Shown here piece by piece: positions 1-7,635 of a DNA stretch of 64,000 nt. The stretch spans positions 7,020 to 71,019 of the forward strand of contig CAZJNI010000005.1 in NCBI GenBank assembly GCA_964547465.1, given 5' to 3'. The DNA is from an uncultured Gammaproteobacteria bacterium. Its GTDB lineage: Bacteria > Patescibacteriota > Microgenomatia > Daviesbacterales > UBA10151. Numbering within the stretch: position 1 is the stretch's first letter; each line of letters starts with the position of its first letter. The notes under the pieces were generated by a model. It saw only the letters and a list, made by a program, of their open reading frames with translations. It ran no database searches and was not told the origin of the DNA. The translations under genes were made by a program, and so were the position numbers.

Positions 1-2042
1 GCACGGGCACACAATGTCAGAACTATTCTATCCAGGATCCTTATTATCCTCCGGAAGGAGTTTGCCCCGGAGGAAATTATGTTCCTTGTGGATATGGAAG
101 TTATCCTGCCTGCAATGATCCAAATGTTTGTGGGGGGCCTAGCTGTAATTACAACAGAACTTATAACCAATGCTGTGGCAGTAGTTTAAGTCAGAGTGTG
201 CAGGAATACACATACTCTGACGGTTCTGGAGTATGTAATTATGTAGTAGGAGCATGTAATCAATCTGATCCTGCCTGTGCACCTACTCCAACCCCAACTC
301 CTGTACCCACCAATGATGCCTCAACTTGTACGGCCATCAGTGTAAATGGTGGTAATCCTGTTATTGTTGGAAGAAATTATCCTGCCACAGTCAGCATGAG
401 AAATGATGGAGACACTAACTGGATATGGGACCAGCCAAACCCATACAGATTAGGCTCCCAGGACCCTCAAGATAATAATGTTTGGAGTTTAAGCAGGGTG
501 GATTTGCCAAGTTCCCCCAAGGCCCCGGGTACTACTGCCACATTTAATTTTAATGTCTGGGCCCCAACCACTGCCGGAACATATAGCTTTAACTGGCGGA
601 TGGTTAAAGAAGGGATTCACTGGTTTGGATCTAAATGTTTTTATAATGTCGCAGTTAGCCCGGCCCCAACTCCTACTCCAACACCTATTCCTTTTACCTA
701 TACCTTAACAAATGGTGGAGACAGAAGTATTATTCAAGGCTCATCCACCACAAATACTATAACTGCCACTCTTGGTTCCGGTACAACTCAACTGGTTAAC
801 CTTTCTGTTTCAGGTTGCCCGTCTGGAGTGACCTGCTCTCTTTCCCCCACCTCCGGTAATCCTACTTACACAAGCAGCTTAACCATGAGCGCCAGTTCAA
901 CTGCCGCCACAGGGACTTTTCCGATAACAGTAACCGGTACATCTTCCGGGTTATCTAACAGAACCTCCACCTTTAATTTAATTGTTAACCCTGCTTTAAG
1001 TCCACCAGCTCCAACTGCTTCCACTCCTTTACCTTGTATTAATGCCGGTTACAATGGATCCGGGGTAACTATTTCCTGGAATACCTCGACTAACCCTGGG
1101 GTAACATATGTGGATATAGACAATGACTCTAATTGGGCTAATGGTTATTATCACAAAGCTGTCAGCGGCTCTTCTACCACTGCTGATAATTTTAACGGCT
1201 TTGCCGGTTTATCCGGAGTATTAACTTTAAATCCCAACACTACCTACTATTTCAGGACCTGGAATGGGACTCAAAATAGTGCTGTAAATTCTTTTAGCAT
1301 TCCCAGCTGTGCAGACCTGACAGTAGATTCTCTTTCTCCCACTAGCGCTGTAGCGGGAAATGCTGTCAGCTTTTCCGGCAGGGTGCTAAATTCAGGCAGT
1401 ATCTCTGCCGGAGCATCTTCAACCAGGTTAAGGTTTGCATCAGTTGCCGGAGGAAGTTTAGATACTACCCCGGCCAATCAACCAGTGGCAGCTTTGGCTG
1501 CCGGAGGCAGCCAGACAGCCAGCTGGGCCTCTGTTTGGACTGCCAGTGGAGCAGGAAATCATACATATGAAATTTGTGCCGATACTCCTGCCAATGCAGT
1601 TTTAGAATCCAGTGAAGTAAATAACTGTACCACTGGCAATATAAATGTCACTTCTGCCCCGGCTTTTGATTATTCCCTTTCTAATTCAGGGAATATCACC
1701 CTTACTCAAGGTTCTTCCGGATCCAATACCATTACCAGAAATTACCTTTCAGGAACCTCCAGCGGAGTAACTATTTCTGTTGTTTCAGGATTGCCTGCCG
1801 GTGCCACAGCTGCTTTCACCGCTAACCCTTGCAGCCCAACCTGCTCCAGTACCCTGACTATCTCCACTTTATCTTCCACCCCAACCGGCTCTTATCCTAT
1901 TTCTGTTACCGGTTCTCCCTTAGGTGTTAGTACCACACCTACTAATTTTACACTGACAGTTAACCCGTCTCTTGGAGGTAATCCCTGGTTTCAGACAATA
2001 GGTGGAGATGTACACTCAAATACTGAAATATATACAAGATGA
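1..2042 (+). CDS. 5'-truncated surface/secreted protein. The reading frame is open from the window edge (frame of nt 3), so the GTG at 198 is not the true start. It has a Cys-rich N-terminal part, repeated Ig-like/CARDB-like beta-sandwich modules, Pro-Thr linkers (PTPTPTP) and S/T-rich stretches.
   Basis: The frame has no stop from nt 3 to 2042. PTPT linkers and repeated NxT/S-rich modules are present. There is no ATG at 198. Confidence 0.6.
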   Translation, partial: TGTQCQNYSIQDPYYPPEGVCPGGNYVPCGYGSYPACNDPNVCGGPSCNYNRTYNQCCGSSLSQSVQEYTYSDGSGVCNYVVGACNQSDPACAPTPTPTPVPTNDASTCTAISVNGGNPVIVGRNYPATVSMRNDGDTNWIWDQPNPYRLGSQDPQDNNVWSLSRVDLPSSPKAPGTTATFNFNVWAPTTAGTYSFNWRMVKEGIHWFGSKCFYNVAVSPAPTPTPTPIPFTYTLTNGGDRSIIQGSSTTNTITATLGSGTTQLVNLSVSGCPSGVTCSLSPTSGNPTYTSSLTMSASSTAATGTFPITVTGTSSGLSNRTSTFNLIVNPALSPPAPTASTPLPCINAGYNGSGVTISWNTSTNPGVTYVDIDNDSNWANGYYHKAVSGSSTTADNFNGFAGLSGVLTLNPNTTYYFRTWNGTQNSAVNSFSIPSCADLTVDSLSPTSAVAGNAVSFSGRVLNSGSISAGASSTRLRFASVAGGSLDTTPANQPVAALAAGGSQTASWASVWTASGAGNHTYEICADTPANAVLESSEVNNCTTGNINVTSAPAFDYSLSNSGNITLTQGSSGSNTITRNYLSGTSSGVTISVVSGLPAGATAAFTANPCSPTCSSTLTISTLSSTPTGSYPISVTGSPLGVSTTPTNFTLTVNPSLGGNPWFQTIGGDVHSNTEIYTR

Positions 2043-2048
2043 AAAAAT
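2004..2048. repeat. Left copy of a 44-bp perfect direct repeat (tGGAGATGTACACTCAAATACTGAAATATATACAAGATGAAAAA). It forms the C-terminus and stop of the upstream gene.
   Basis: Identical to 3026-3069. Confidence 0.9.
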
Positions 2049-2068
2049 AGTGATGATATAATTAACTA

Positions 2069-2368
2069 ATGCAAAAAATGCCTCTCTTTTTAGAACAATA
2101 CTTCTGGGATGTAGATTTTAAAAAGCTCACTTTTCAAAAATCAAAAACTTTTATTTTAAAACGGGTACTAGATAGAGGCGATGACAAAGCAGTCAAGTGG
2201 CTACTAAAACACTATTCAAAAGAAGACATTACGCAATTATTATTAACAAGCCGGGATCTTTCTCCAAAAACTGCTAATTTTTGGGCAGACTTGCTAAGTT
2301 TAGACAAAAGAAAGGTTGTATGTTTACAAAAACCTTACTCCCGGATACAATTCGGGCTCTCAAGCTAG
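2069..2368 (+). CDS. Small protein (99 aa) immediately upstream of, and overlapping, the AbiEii-like gene. It is a putative cognate partner or antitoxin.
   Basis: It overlaps the downstream toxin-like gene by 48 nt and shares its orientation. The family assignment is uncertain. Confidence 0.45.
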   Translation: MQKMPLFLEQYFWDVDFKKLTFQKSKTFILKRVLDRGDDKAVKWLLKHYSKEDITQLLLTSRDLSPKTANFWADLLSLDKRKVVCLQKPYSRIQFGLSS

Positions 2369-2955
2369 TATCTAAAATAGATATTATCAAAAAAAGTTAT
2401 TTAGCAGGAGGCACTGCATTAGCTTTGCATTTGGGGCATAGAATCTCAGTGGATTTAGACTTTTTTACTTTGCATGTTTTTGATGAAAAGTCATTGGCTG
2501 GCGAGCTTAAAATGCTGCCTGAATATAAAGAGGACGGCATAGCCTGGAGAACTGTCTGGGGAAAAGTTAGCAAGACTAAATTCAGTTTATTTTACTATCA
2601 ATATCCCCTGATTAAAAAAACCGTTAACTTTGAGGGCATCCAAATTCTTCAAAAAGAAGATATTGCTGCCATGAAAATACATGCTATGGAAGACAGAGGC
2701 ACTAAGAGGGACTTTTTTGATTTGTATTTTCTGGCAAAGGAGTTTAGTTTGGAACAAATGCTAAAGTTTTATGATCAAAAATATGACAATTTAAAAGAAC
2801 ATATCTATATAATTATCAGAAGTTTAAACTACTTTGCTGATGCAGAAAAAGATAATGACCCCAAAATGCTCACTTCCGTTTCCTGGGAAGAAGTTAAAAA
2901 TTTCTTCAAAAATCAATCCCTCCAACTTGCCAAAGACAAACTAAAACTCAAATAG
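2320..2955 (+). CDS. Nucleotidyltransferase of the AbiEii/AbiGii (DUF1814) toxin family. The likely start is the internal Met at 2320, whereas the ORF track starts at 2281.
   Basis: The motif YLAGGTALALHLGHRISVDLDFF is typical of AbiEii-type NTases. Confidence 0.6.
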   Translation: MFTKTLLPDTIRALKLVSKIDIIKKSYLAGGTALALHLGHRISVDLDFFTLHVFDEKSLAGELKMLPEYKEDGIAWRTVWGKVSKTKFSLFYYQYPLIKKTVNFEGIQILQKEDIAAMKIHAMEDRGTKRDFFDLYFLAKEFSLEQMLKFYDQKYDNLKEHIYIIIRSLNYFADAEKDNDPKMLTSVSWEEVKNFFKNQSLQLAKDKLKLK

Positions 2956-3025
2956 ATGATTAGGTTTTGACATCTATCCCAAAAAAACCTAAGATAAAAT
3001 GGTGTCAACATTCCAGGCAATGAAT

Positions 3026-3069
3026 GGAGATGTACACTCAAATACTGAAATATATACAAGATGAAAAAT
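3026..3069. repeat. Right copy of the 44-bp direct repeat. It contains the ATG of the downstream gene.
   Basis: Identical to 2004-2048. Confidence 0.9.
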
Positions 3070-5262
3070 ATTAACTTAAAATATCTGGAATTATTACTTT
3101 TGTTTTTTCTCTTAACCTTGATTTTGGCATTGAAAACTCAAGTCGCTTCCGCCCAAACTCCAACTCCAGTACCTCTGCCTTGTGGTTTTGGGGTAGCCAG
3201 AGCAACTGGATTGGTTACTACACCAAAGTTCCAGTCAGGTAGCAGTAACTTTGGCACCACTGGAGCTTGTATTATTGACCCTAAAACTTCTTTTGCTCCA
3301 TTTAAGATTCCTTCATTTGATGATTTAAAATCACTTTATTATAATCAAAAAAATAGTACTAACGTCACTAAACATGAGTTGAGTGGAAATCCGCCGTACA
3401 GCCAAACCAACATACCTTTCACTGATTCTACAGACTCTCTTTATCTTGTTAACAGTGATCTAACAATCAGCGGCAATAACACTGGTACTCATACCGGTGT
3501 TGTTTTTGTAGAAGGGAACCTGAATATAACTGGAAATTATTGTTACGGAAGCACTTGCCCTGCAGGTTCTGTCAATGGCACAATAGGCACTGTATTTATT
3601 GTTAGTGGGAATGTTAATATTGCCTCAACAGTTACCAGGATTGATGCGGTTTTAATCTCCAGTGGCACAATTTATACTGCCGGAGCAAATTGTAATCCTA
3701 ATTCTGTGACAGGAAGCAGCAAACTAACTATAAACGGTAGCTTAATATCCTTAAAACAGCCTTCAATCACGGATCCAAACGCTTCTTATATCAAATTCTG
3801 TAGATCTCTAACAGATAATAGTCAACCTGCAGAAGTAATTAATCATCAGGTAAAATATTTAGTAATTTTACGGGATCTCATATCTGATACCTGGCAAAAA
3901 TGGTCAGAGATCGATGCCAGCTTACCCCTGCCAACACCTGGCTCTACCCCTGCCCCAACCCCCATTCCCACCCCAACCCCCACACCCACACCAACACCTA
4001 CCTCAACTCCAACACCAACTTCCTGTTCTGTGACCGCAGGGGTTGTAACCTGTAACTATGCTGGTACTCAACAAACATGGGTTGTACCAACTGGTATAAC
4101 TTCTATTAGTGTCGACGCCAAAGGCGCCCAAGGAAGTAATGGTAATCGGGGTGCAACTGGTGGAAAAGGGGCGCGTGTTATAGCAACTATTAGTGTTACT
4201 GCAGGAGAGACTTTGTATATCTATGTAGGCGGACAGTCTCTTGGGAGGTCGGGTGGATATAACGGAGGAGGGACAGGTGGCACAGACCCATCAAGTGATC
4301 TTGCCGGGGGTGGCGGAGGTGCGTCCGACATCCGGAAAGGCGGAACAGCGATTAGTAACCGTGTTGTAATTGCGGGTGGTGGAGGAGGTGGCGGCTCGGA
4401 ATGTTCCGCATGCTTAAATGTAGCAGGATCAGGCGGAGCTGCCGGTGACCCTCTAGGTAAAATTGGGTCTAATGGAACCGGGACTTATAAGGGATTTGGT
4501 GGTGGGGGTGGTACTATGACTGCCGGAGGAAGCGGAGGTGCAAGCGGTGGTGGTGCTTCAACTGCCGGCTCTAGTCCTGTTAGTGCTGGTATTGGTGGGG
4601 CTGGAGGAAATGGCGCTGGTAATGGAGGTGGAGGTGGAGGTGGCGGAGGCGGTTATTATGGTGGAGGCGGTGGAGGTGGTGGTGATAATGCCGGCAGTAA
4701 TGCTGGAGGTGGCGGTGGAGGTGGTGGATCCAGCTATGGTGATACATTTACCAGCGGCTATCAAAGTGGCAACGGTCAAATTATTATCACGTATTCAACT
4801 TCTACTCCCCAACCTGTTGTGACTTACTACCGTGATGCGGATGGTGATACATATGGTAATCCCAGTGTCACAACCACTTCTTCAACAGGTGCACCTGCCG
4901 GTTATGTCTCCAATAATACTGACTGTTATGACTCAAATGCCAATGCCAAACCAGGCCAAACTCTTTACTTTGCTACCCAAAGAGGTGATGGCAGTTTTGA
5001 TTATGATTGTAATGGGACAATAGAAACAGACGGAAAAGCAATCCATCAAGGTACAGGTGGTTATAGTAAAAATATTGTTTCTGGTAACTGTGCCTATGTT
5101 TCTAATGCTAAATACGGTGCTAAACTTACAAGTAGTTCTTGTGGAACTACTGGAACCTATTATGTTTATGAAGATAACAGGGTGTACGATGGCAGTTGTA
5201 CAGGGACTCTTCTTGGGTATCTTCTTCAAGATATAGGTACATACACAATGCAATGCAGATAA
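3061..5262 (+). CDS. Secreted glycine-rich protein (733 aa). It has a signal peptide, a Pro-Thr linker, a long poly-Gly/GGxGG low-complexity region and a C-terminal Cys-containing domain.
   Basis: The N-terminus MKNINLKYLELLLLFFLLTLILALKTQVASA is a signal peptide. The protein contains PTPTPTPTPTPTS and GGGGGGG runs. Confidence 0.6.
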   Translation: MKNINLKYLELLLLFFLLTLILALKTQVASAQTPTPVPLPCGFGVARATGLVTTPKFQSGSSNFGTTGACIIDPKTSFAPFKIPSFDDLKSLYYNQKNSTNVTKHELSGNPPYSQTNIPFTDSTDSLYLVNSDLTISGNNTGTHTGVVFVEGNLNITGNYCYGSTCPAGSVNGTIGTVFIVSGNVNIASTVTRIDAVLISSGTIYTAGANCNPNSVTGSSKLTINGSLISLKQPSITDPNASYIKFCRSLTDNSQPAEVINHQVKYLVILRDLISDTWQKWSEIDASLPLPTPGSTPAPTPIPTPTPTPTPTPTSTPTPTSCSVTAGVVTCNYAGTQQTWVVPTGITSISVDAKGAQGSNGNRGATGGKGARVIATISVTAGETLYIYVGGQSLGRSGGYNGGGTGGTDPSSDLAGGGGGASDIRKGGTAISNRVVIAGGGGGGGSECSACLNVAGSGGAAGDPLGKIGSNGTGTYKGFGGGGGTMTAGGSGGASGGGASTAGSSPVSAGIGGAGGNGAGNGGGGGGGGGGYYGGGGGGGGDNAGSNAGGGGGGGGSSYGDTFTSGYQSGNGQIIITYSTSTPQPVVTYYRDADGDTYGNPSVTTTSSTGAPAGYVSNNTDCYDSNANAKPGQTLYFATQRGDGSFDYDCNGTIETDGKAIHQGTGGYSKNIVSGNCAYVSNAKYGAKLTSSSCGTTGTYYVYEDNRVYDGSCTGTLLGYLLQDIGTYTMQCR

Positions 5263-5319
5263 GCCGGACCTGTTTCCACTTTACCTAAAATATTTACTTC
5301 CCAAAATTTCTTTTCTGGT

Positions 5320-5952
5320 TTAGAAAACTATTTCTGCGTTGGGGAGTAACTTCTTAATATTGTCTTTTTCAGATTGTCCAAGATTGTTGCCGGTTAGTTT
5401 TAAACTGTGGAGCACACTTAAACTGCCTATTTCTTTTGGAAATTGGGTAAGTTTATTACCTGATAAATCAAGAGCTTGCAGGCTTACTAATTGATTAATT
5501 TCTGCCGGGATTTGAGTAATTTGATTATCAGATAAATCAAGACTCATTAAAGTTGTTGCGGCTAAAACCTCTGTTGGGAACTTGGTAAGATTATTCCCTT
5601 TTAAGGAAAGCTCGTTTAGTTTGGTAAGTTTACTTATATCATTGGGGACTGTTTCAAGTTTTTGTTCCGACAGGTTTAAAACACAGGCTATATCAATATT
5701 TTTTAAAGCCTCATCAAGTAAGCTAAACTGTTTGCAAATTACTTTAACAGGCTCATCTGTATTTAAGCTTGAAGAATTTGTGGATGAGTTTTGAACAGGA
5801 ACTGATGAGTTTTTACTGACCTGCTTTAAGTTTTTAAATAAGCCGAATCTTTGCAGGACAAAAAGGATAAAAATTATCACCAAAATCCCAATTACTATAA
5901 AAACAGCTTTTTTTACAAAATTGGTATTCCCTTCTGTTGGTTGCTGATCCAT
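5320..5952 (-). CDS. Leucine-rich-repeat protein with one N-terminal TM helix. The start is probably the internal Met at 5952, because the longer ORF to 6123 would overlap the pilin gene.
   Basis: LRR units are present (LxxLxLxxNxLtxfP, several copies). The TM segment is AVFIVIGILVIIFILFVL. Confidence 0.55.
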   Translation of the reverse strand: MDQQPTEGNTNFVKKAVFIVIGILVIIFILFVLQRFGLFKNLKQVSKNSSVPVQNSSTNSSSLNTDEPVKVICKQFSLLDEALKNIDIACVLNLSEQKLETVPNDISKLTKLNELSLKGNNLTKFPTEVLAATTLMSLDLSDNQITQIPAEINQLVSLQALDLSGNKLTQFPKEIGSLSVLHSLKLTGNNLGQSEKDNIKKLLPNAEIVF

Positions 5953-6043
5953 ATCTAAAGAGTATTTAAAATTGTTCTCTTTGTCAACGAGTACGTACCC
6001 CAAAAATTTCTTTTCTGGTTTTGGTATAGTTAGAATATATTGT

Positions 6044-7072
6044 ATGAAACGTGGCTTTACCTTAATTGAACTACTGGTTGCTGTCTCAATTATTGCTGTT
6101 TTATCTACCGTTGGTTTAACCACTTTCTCAAATGTTCAAAAAAGCGCCAGAGATAGTGTCAGGAAAGGTGATTTAGTAACTCTTGCCACAGCTTTGGAGA
6201 TATATTTCCAAACAAATGGGAAATACCTGGTAAATACTGGCAGCTGCATAGATAATACTGCAGGCTCAAGTCTTTATACTAATGCTGATTATGCAAAATT
6301 AATCAATGGATCATTACCTAAAGATCCCAAAACCGCAGCAAATTATTGCTATGAATCCCCTTCCGGTTTAACCTTTAAACTTTATGCAAAGCTGGAAGAT
6401 AATACAGACTATATCTTGACTTCTGAAGATTATATAGCCCAGGCAACCCCTGCTCCCACATCCACACCAACTCCAACTTCCACACCAACAAGCACTCCAG
6501 CCCCAACTGCAACACCAACTCCTATCCCAACCGCAACCCCCATTCCCACTCCAACCCCCATTCCTGCCAAACGTGTTTTTGTCACCTCAACTACATATAA
6601 TGGAAATTTGGGAGGATTATCCGGAGCAGATATTAAGTGTCAAACCAAGGCTAATGCTGTGCCTTTGGGTGGGACTTGGAAAGCATGGTTAAGTGATAAT
6701 ACAACTAATGCAAAAGACCGTTTATCTCATCACAATGGGCAATATCAACTGACTAACGGGACCAAGATTGCTGACAATTGGGATGATTTAATCAATCTTT
6801 CTGCATCAAATTTCCTTGATAGCCCTATCAGTTTAACGGAATTTGGTTCTTCAATTATCTCTAGTGGTACTACATGGACAGATACTTCACCTACAGGTGA
6901 TATAATAGTGATTTCAGGACAAAATAATAATTGTTACGGATGGACTAGCCCGTATAATGTAGCTTTTGCGCTTGTGGGAGAAATAGGCAGACAGGATGAA
7001 CGCTGGACACAGAGCATTGCTCCCCGCCAATACTGTAATTATTATTACCGTTTATATTGCTTTGAGCAGTAA
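6044..7072 (+). CDS. Type IV pilin-like protein. It combines an N-terminal prepilin methylation motif with a Pro-Thr linker and a C-terminal DUF1554-like Cys-containing domain.
   Basis: MKRGFTLIELLVAVSIIAVLSTVGL is a class III signal and the G|FTLIE cleavage motif. The C-terminal FVTSTTYNGNLGGLSGADIKCQ resembles DUF1554. Confidence 0.75.
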   Translation: MKRGFTLIELLVAVSIIAVLSTVGLTTFSNVQKSARDSVRKGDLVTLATALEIYFQTNGKYLVNTGSCIDNTAGSSLYTNADYAKLINGSLPKDPKTAANYCYESPSGLTFKLYAKLEDNTDYILTSEDYIAQATPAPTSTPTPTSTPTSTPAPTATPTPIPTATPIPTPTPIPAKRVFVTSTTYNGNLGGLSGADIKCQTKANAVPLGGTWKAWLSDNTTNAKDRLSHHNGQYQLTNGTKIADNWDDLINLSASNFLDSPISLTEFGSSIISSGTTWTDTSPTGDIIVISGQNNNCYGWTSPYNVAFALVGEIGRQDERWTQSIAPRQYCNYYYRLYCFEQ

Positions 7073-7141
7073 CTGCTTTCCAAAATTTCTTTTTTGGATT
7101 TGGTTCATATTGTTGTTTGACTGCAAATTATTTTTAATGAT

Positions 7142-7360
7142 ATGATGGTTTTTAGTGAGAAACTATCAGTTGGGCAGCAGAGAACCTTGTCCGAATTCTT
7201 TGGCAATGCAGGCGTTGCTTGGCTTTCAGCAGGCGTAATTGTACCCTTTTTTACCGGGAGAACATTGGCTAATTTTATTACTTCGATAGCATGGGGAACT
7301 TTGTTTGCGATAGGATTTCTTATAATTGCTTTGGTAGTAACGAAAGGAGTTAAATCATGA
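7142..7360 (+). CDS. Small membrane protein (72 aa) with two predicted TM helices.
   Basis: It is hydrophobic. Its stop overlaps the next ATG as ATGA. Confidence 0.45.
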   Translation: MMVFSEKLSVGQQRTLSEFFGNAGVAWLSAGVIVPFFTGRTLANFITSIAWGTLFAIGFLIIALVVTKGVKS

Positions 7361-7455
7361 TTTCTCAAGATTTACTTAATTTCTTTGCCGCTGCTTCTAT
7401 CGCGAGTGCTATTGTTGTAGTGATTATTTATATTCTTTTCCTGAAAGAGAGATGA
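7357..7455 (+). CDS. Micro-ORF of 32 aa forming a single TM helix (MISQDLLNFFAAASIASAIVVVIIYILFLKER).
   Basis: Its ATG overlaps the stop of the preceding ORF. It is hydrophobic. It is absent from the ORF track because it is shorter than 60 aa. Confidence 0.35.
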   Translation: MISQDLLNFFAAASIASAIVVVIIYILFLKER

Positions 7456-7464
7456 GGTGAGATT

Positions 7465-7548
7465 ATGTTAACACCACTGGTGATTGCTGGAATTATTGCC
7501 ACTATTATTGTGGTGTTTATTGCTATCACTCTTTATCGCCGTTAAAAT
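7465..7548 (+). CDS. Micro-ORF of 26 aa forming a single TM helix (MLTPLVIAGIIATIIVVFIAITLYRR).
   Basis: The ATG follows a GAGGTGA ribosome-binding site. It is hydrophobic. Confidence 0.35.
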
Positions 7549-7635
7549 CATGTACAAGGACAATCCACTTTATTGATGCTTTATTTCACTTCCCAAAATT
7601 TCTTTTCTGGATTTGGTATAGTTAGAATATATTGT

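Noticed and set aside
1271-1477. Antisense 68-aa ORF inside the surface-protein gene
   Set aside because: It is fully embedded antisense in a long, coherent ORF and shows no independent signals.
4538-5253. ORFs 4538..4822(+), 4558..4779(-), 4832..5023(+) and 4933..5253(-) inside the Gly-rich gene
   Set aside because: They are out-of-frame or antisense read-through of a GGN/low-complexity coding region and consist of low-complexity peptides. The long + frame 3061..5262 explains the region.
5972-6043. N-terminal extensions of the pilin ORFs (5972..6043 and 7573..7635) and of the LRR gene (5953..6123)
   Set aside because: The extensions run through the conserved intergenic motif and a promoter-like box. 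Bona fide prepilins start at M-K-[RK]-G-F-T-L-I-E. The long LRR version would overlap the pilin gene by 150 nt.
7105-7368. Minus-strand 87-aa ORF overlapping the small membrane-protein genes
   Set aside because: It is antisense to a translationally coupled set of + ORFs with a ribosome-binding site, and has no distinctive features.
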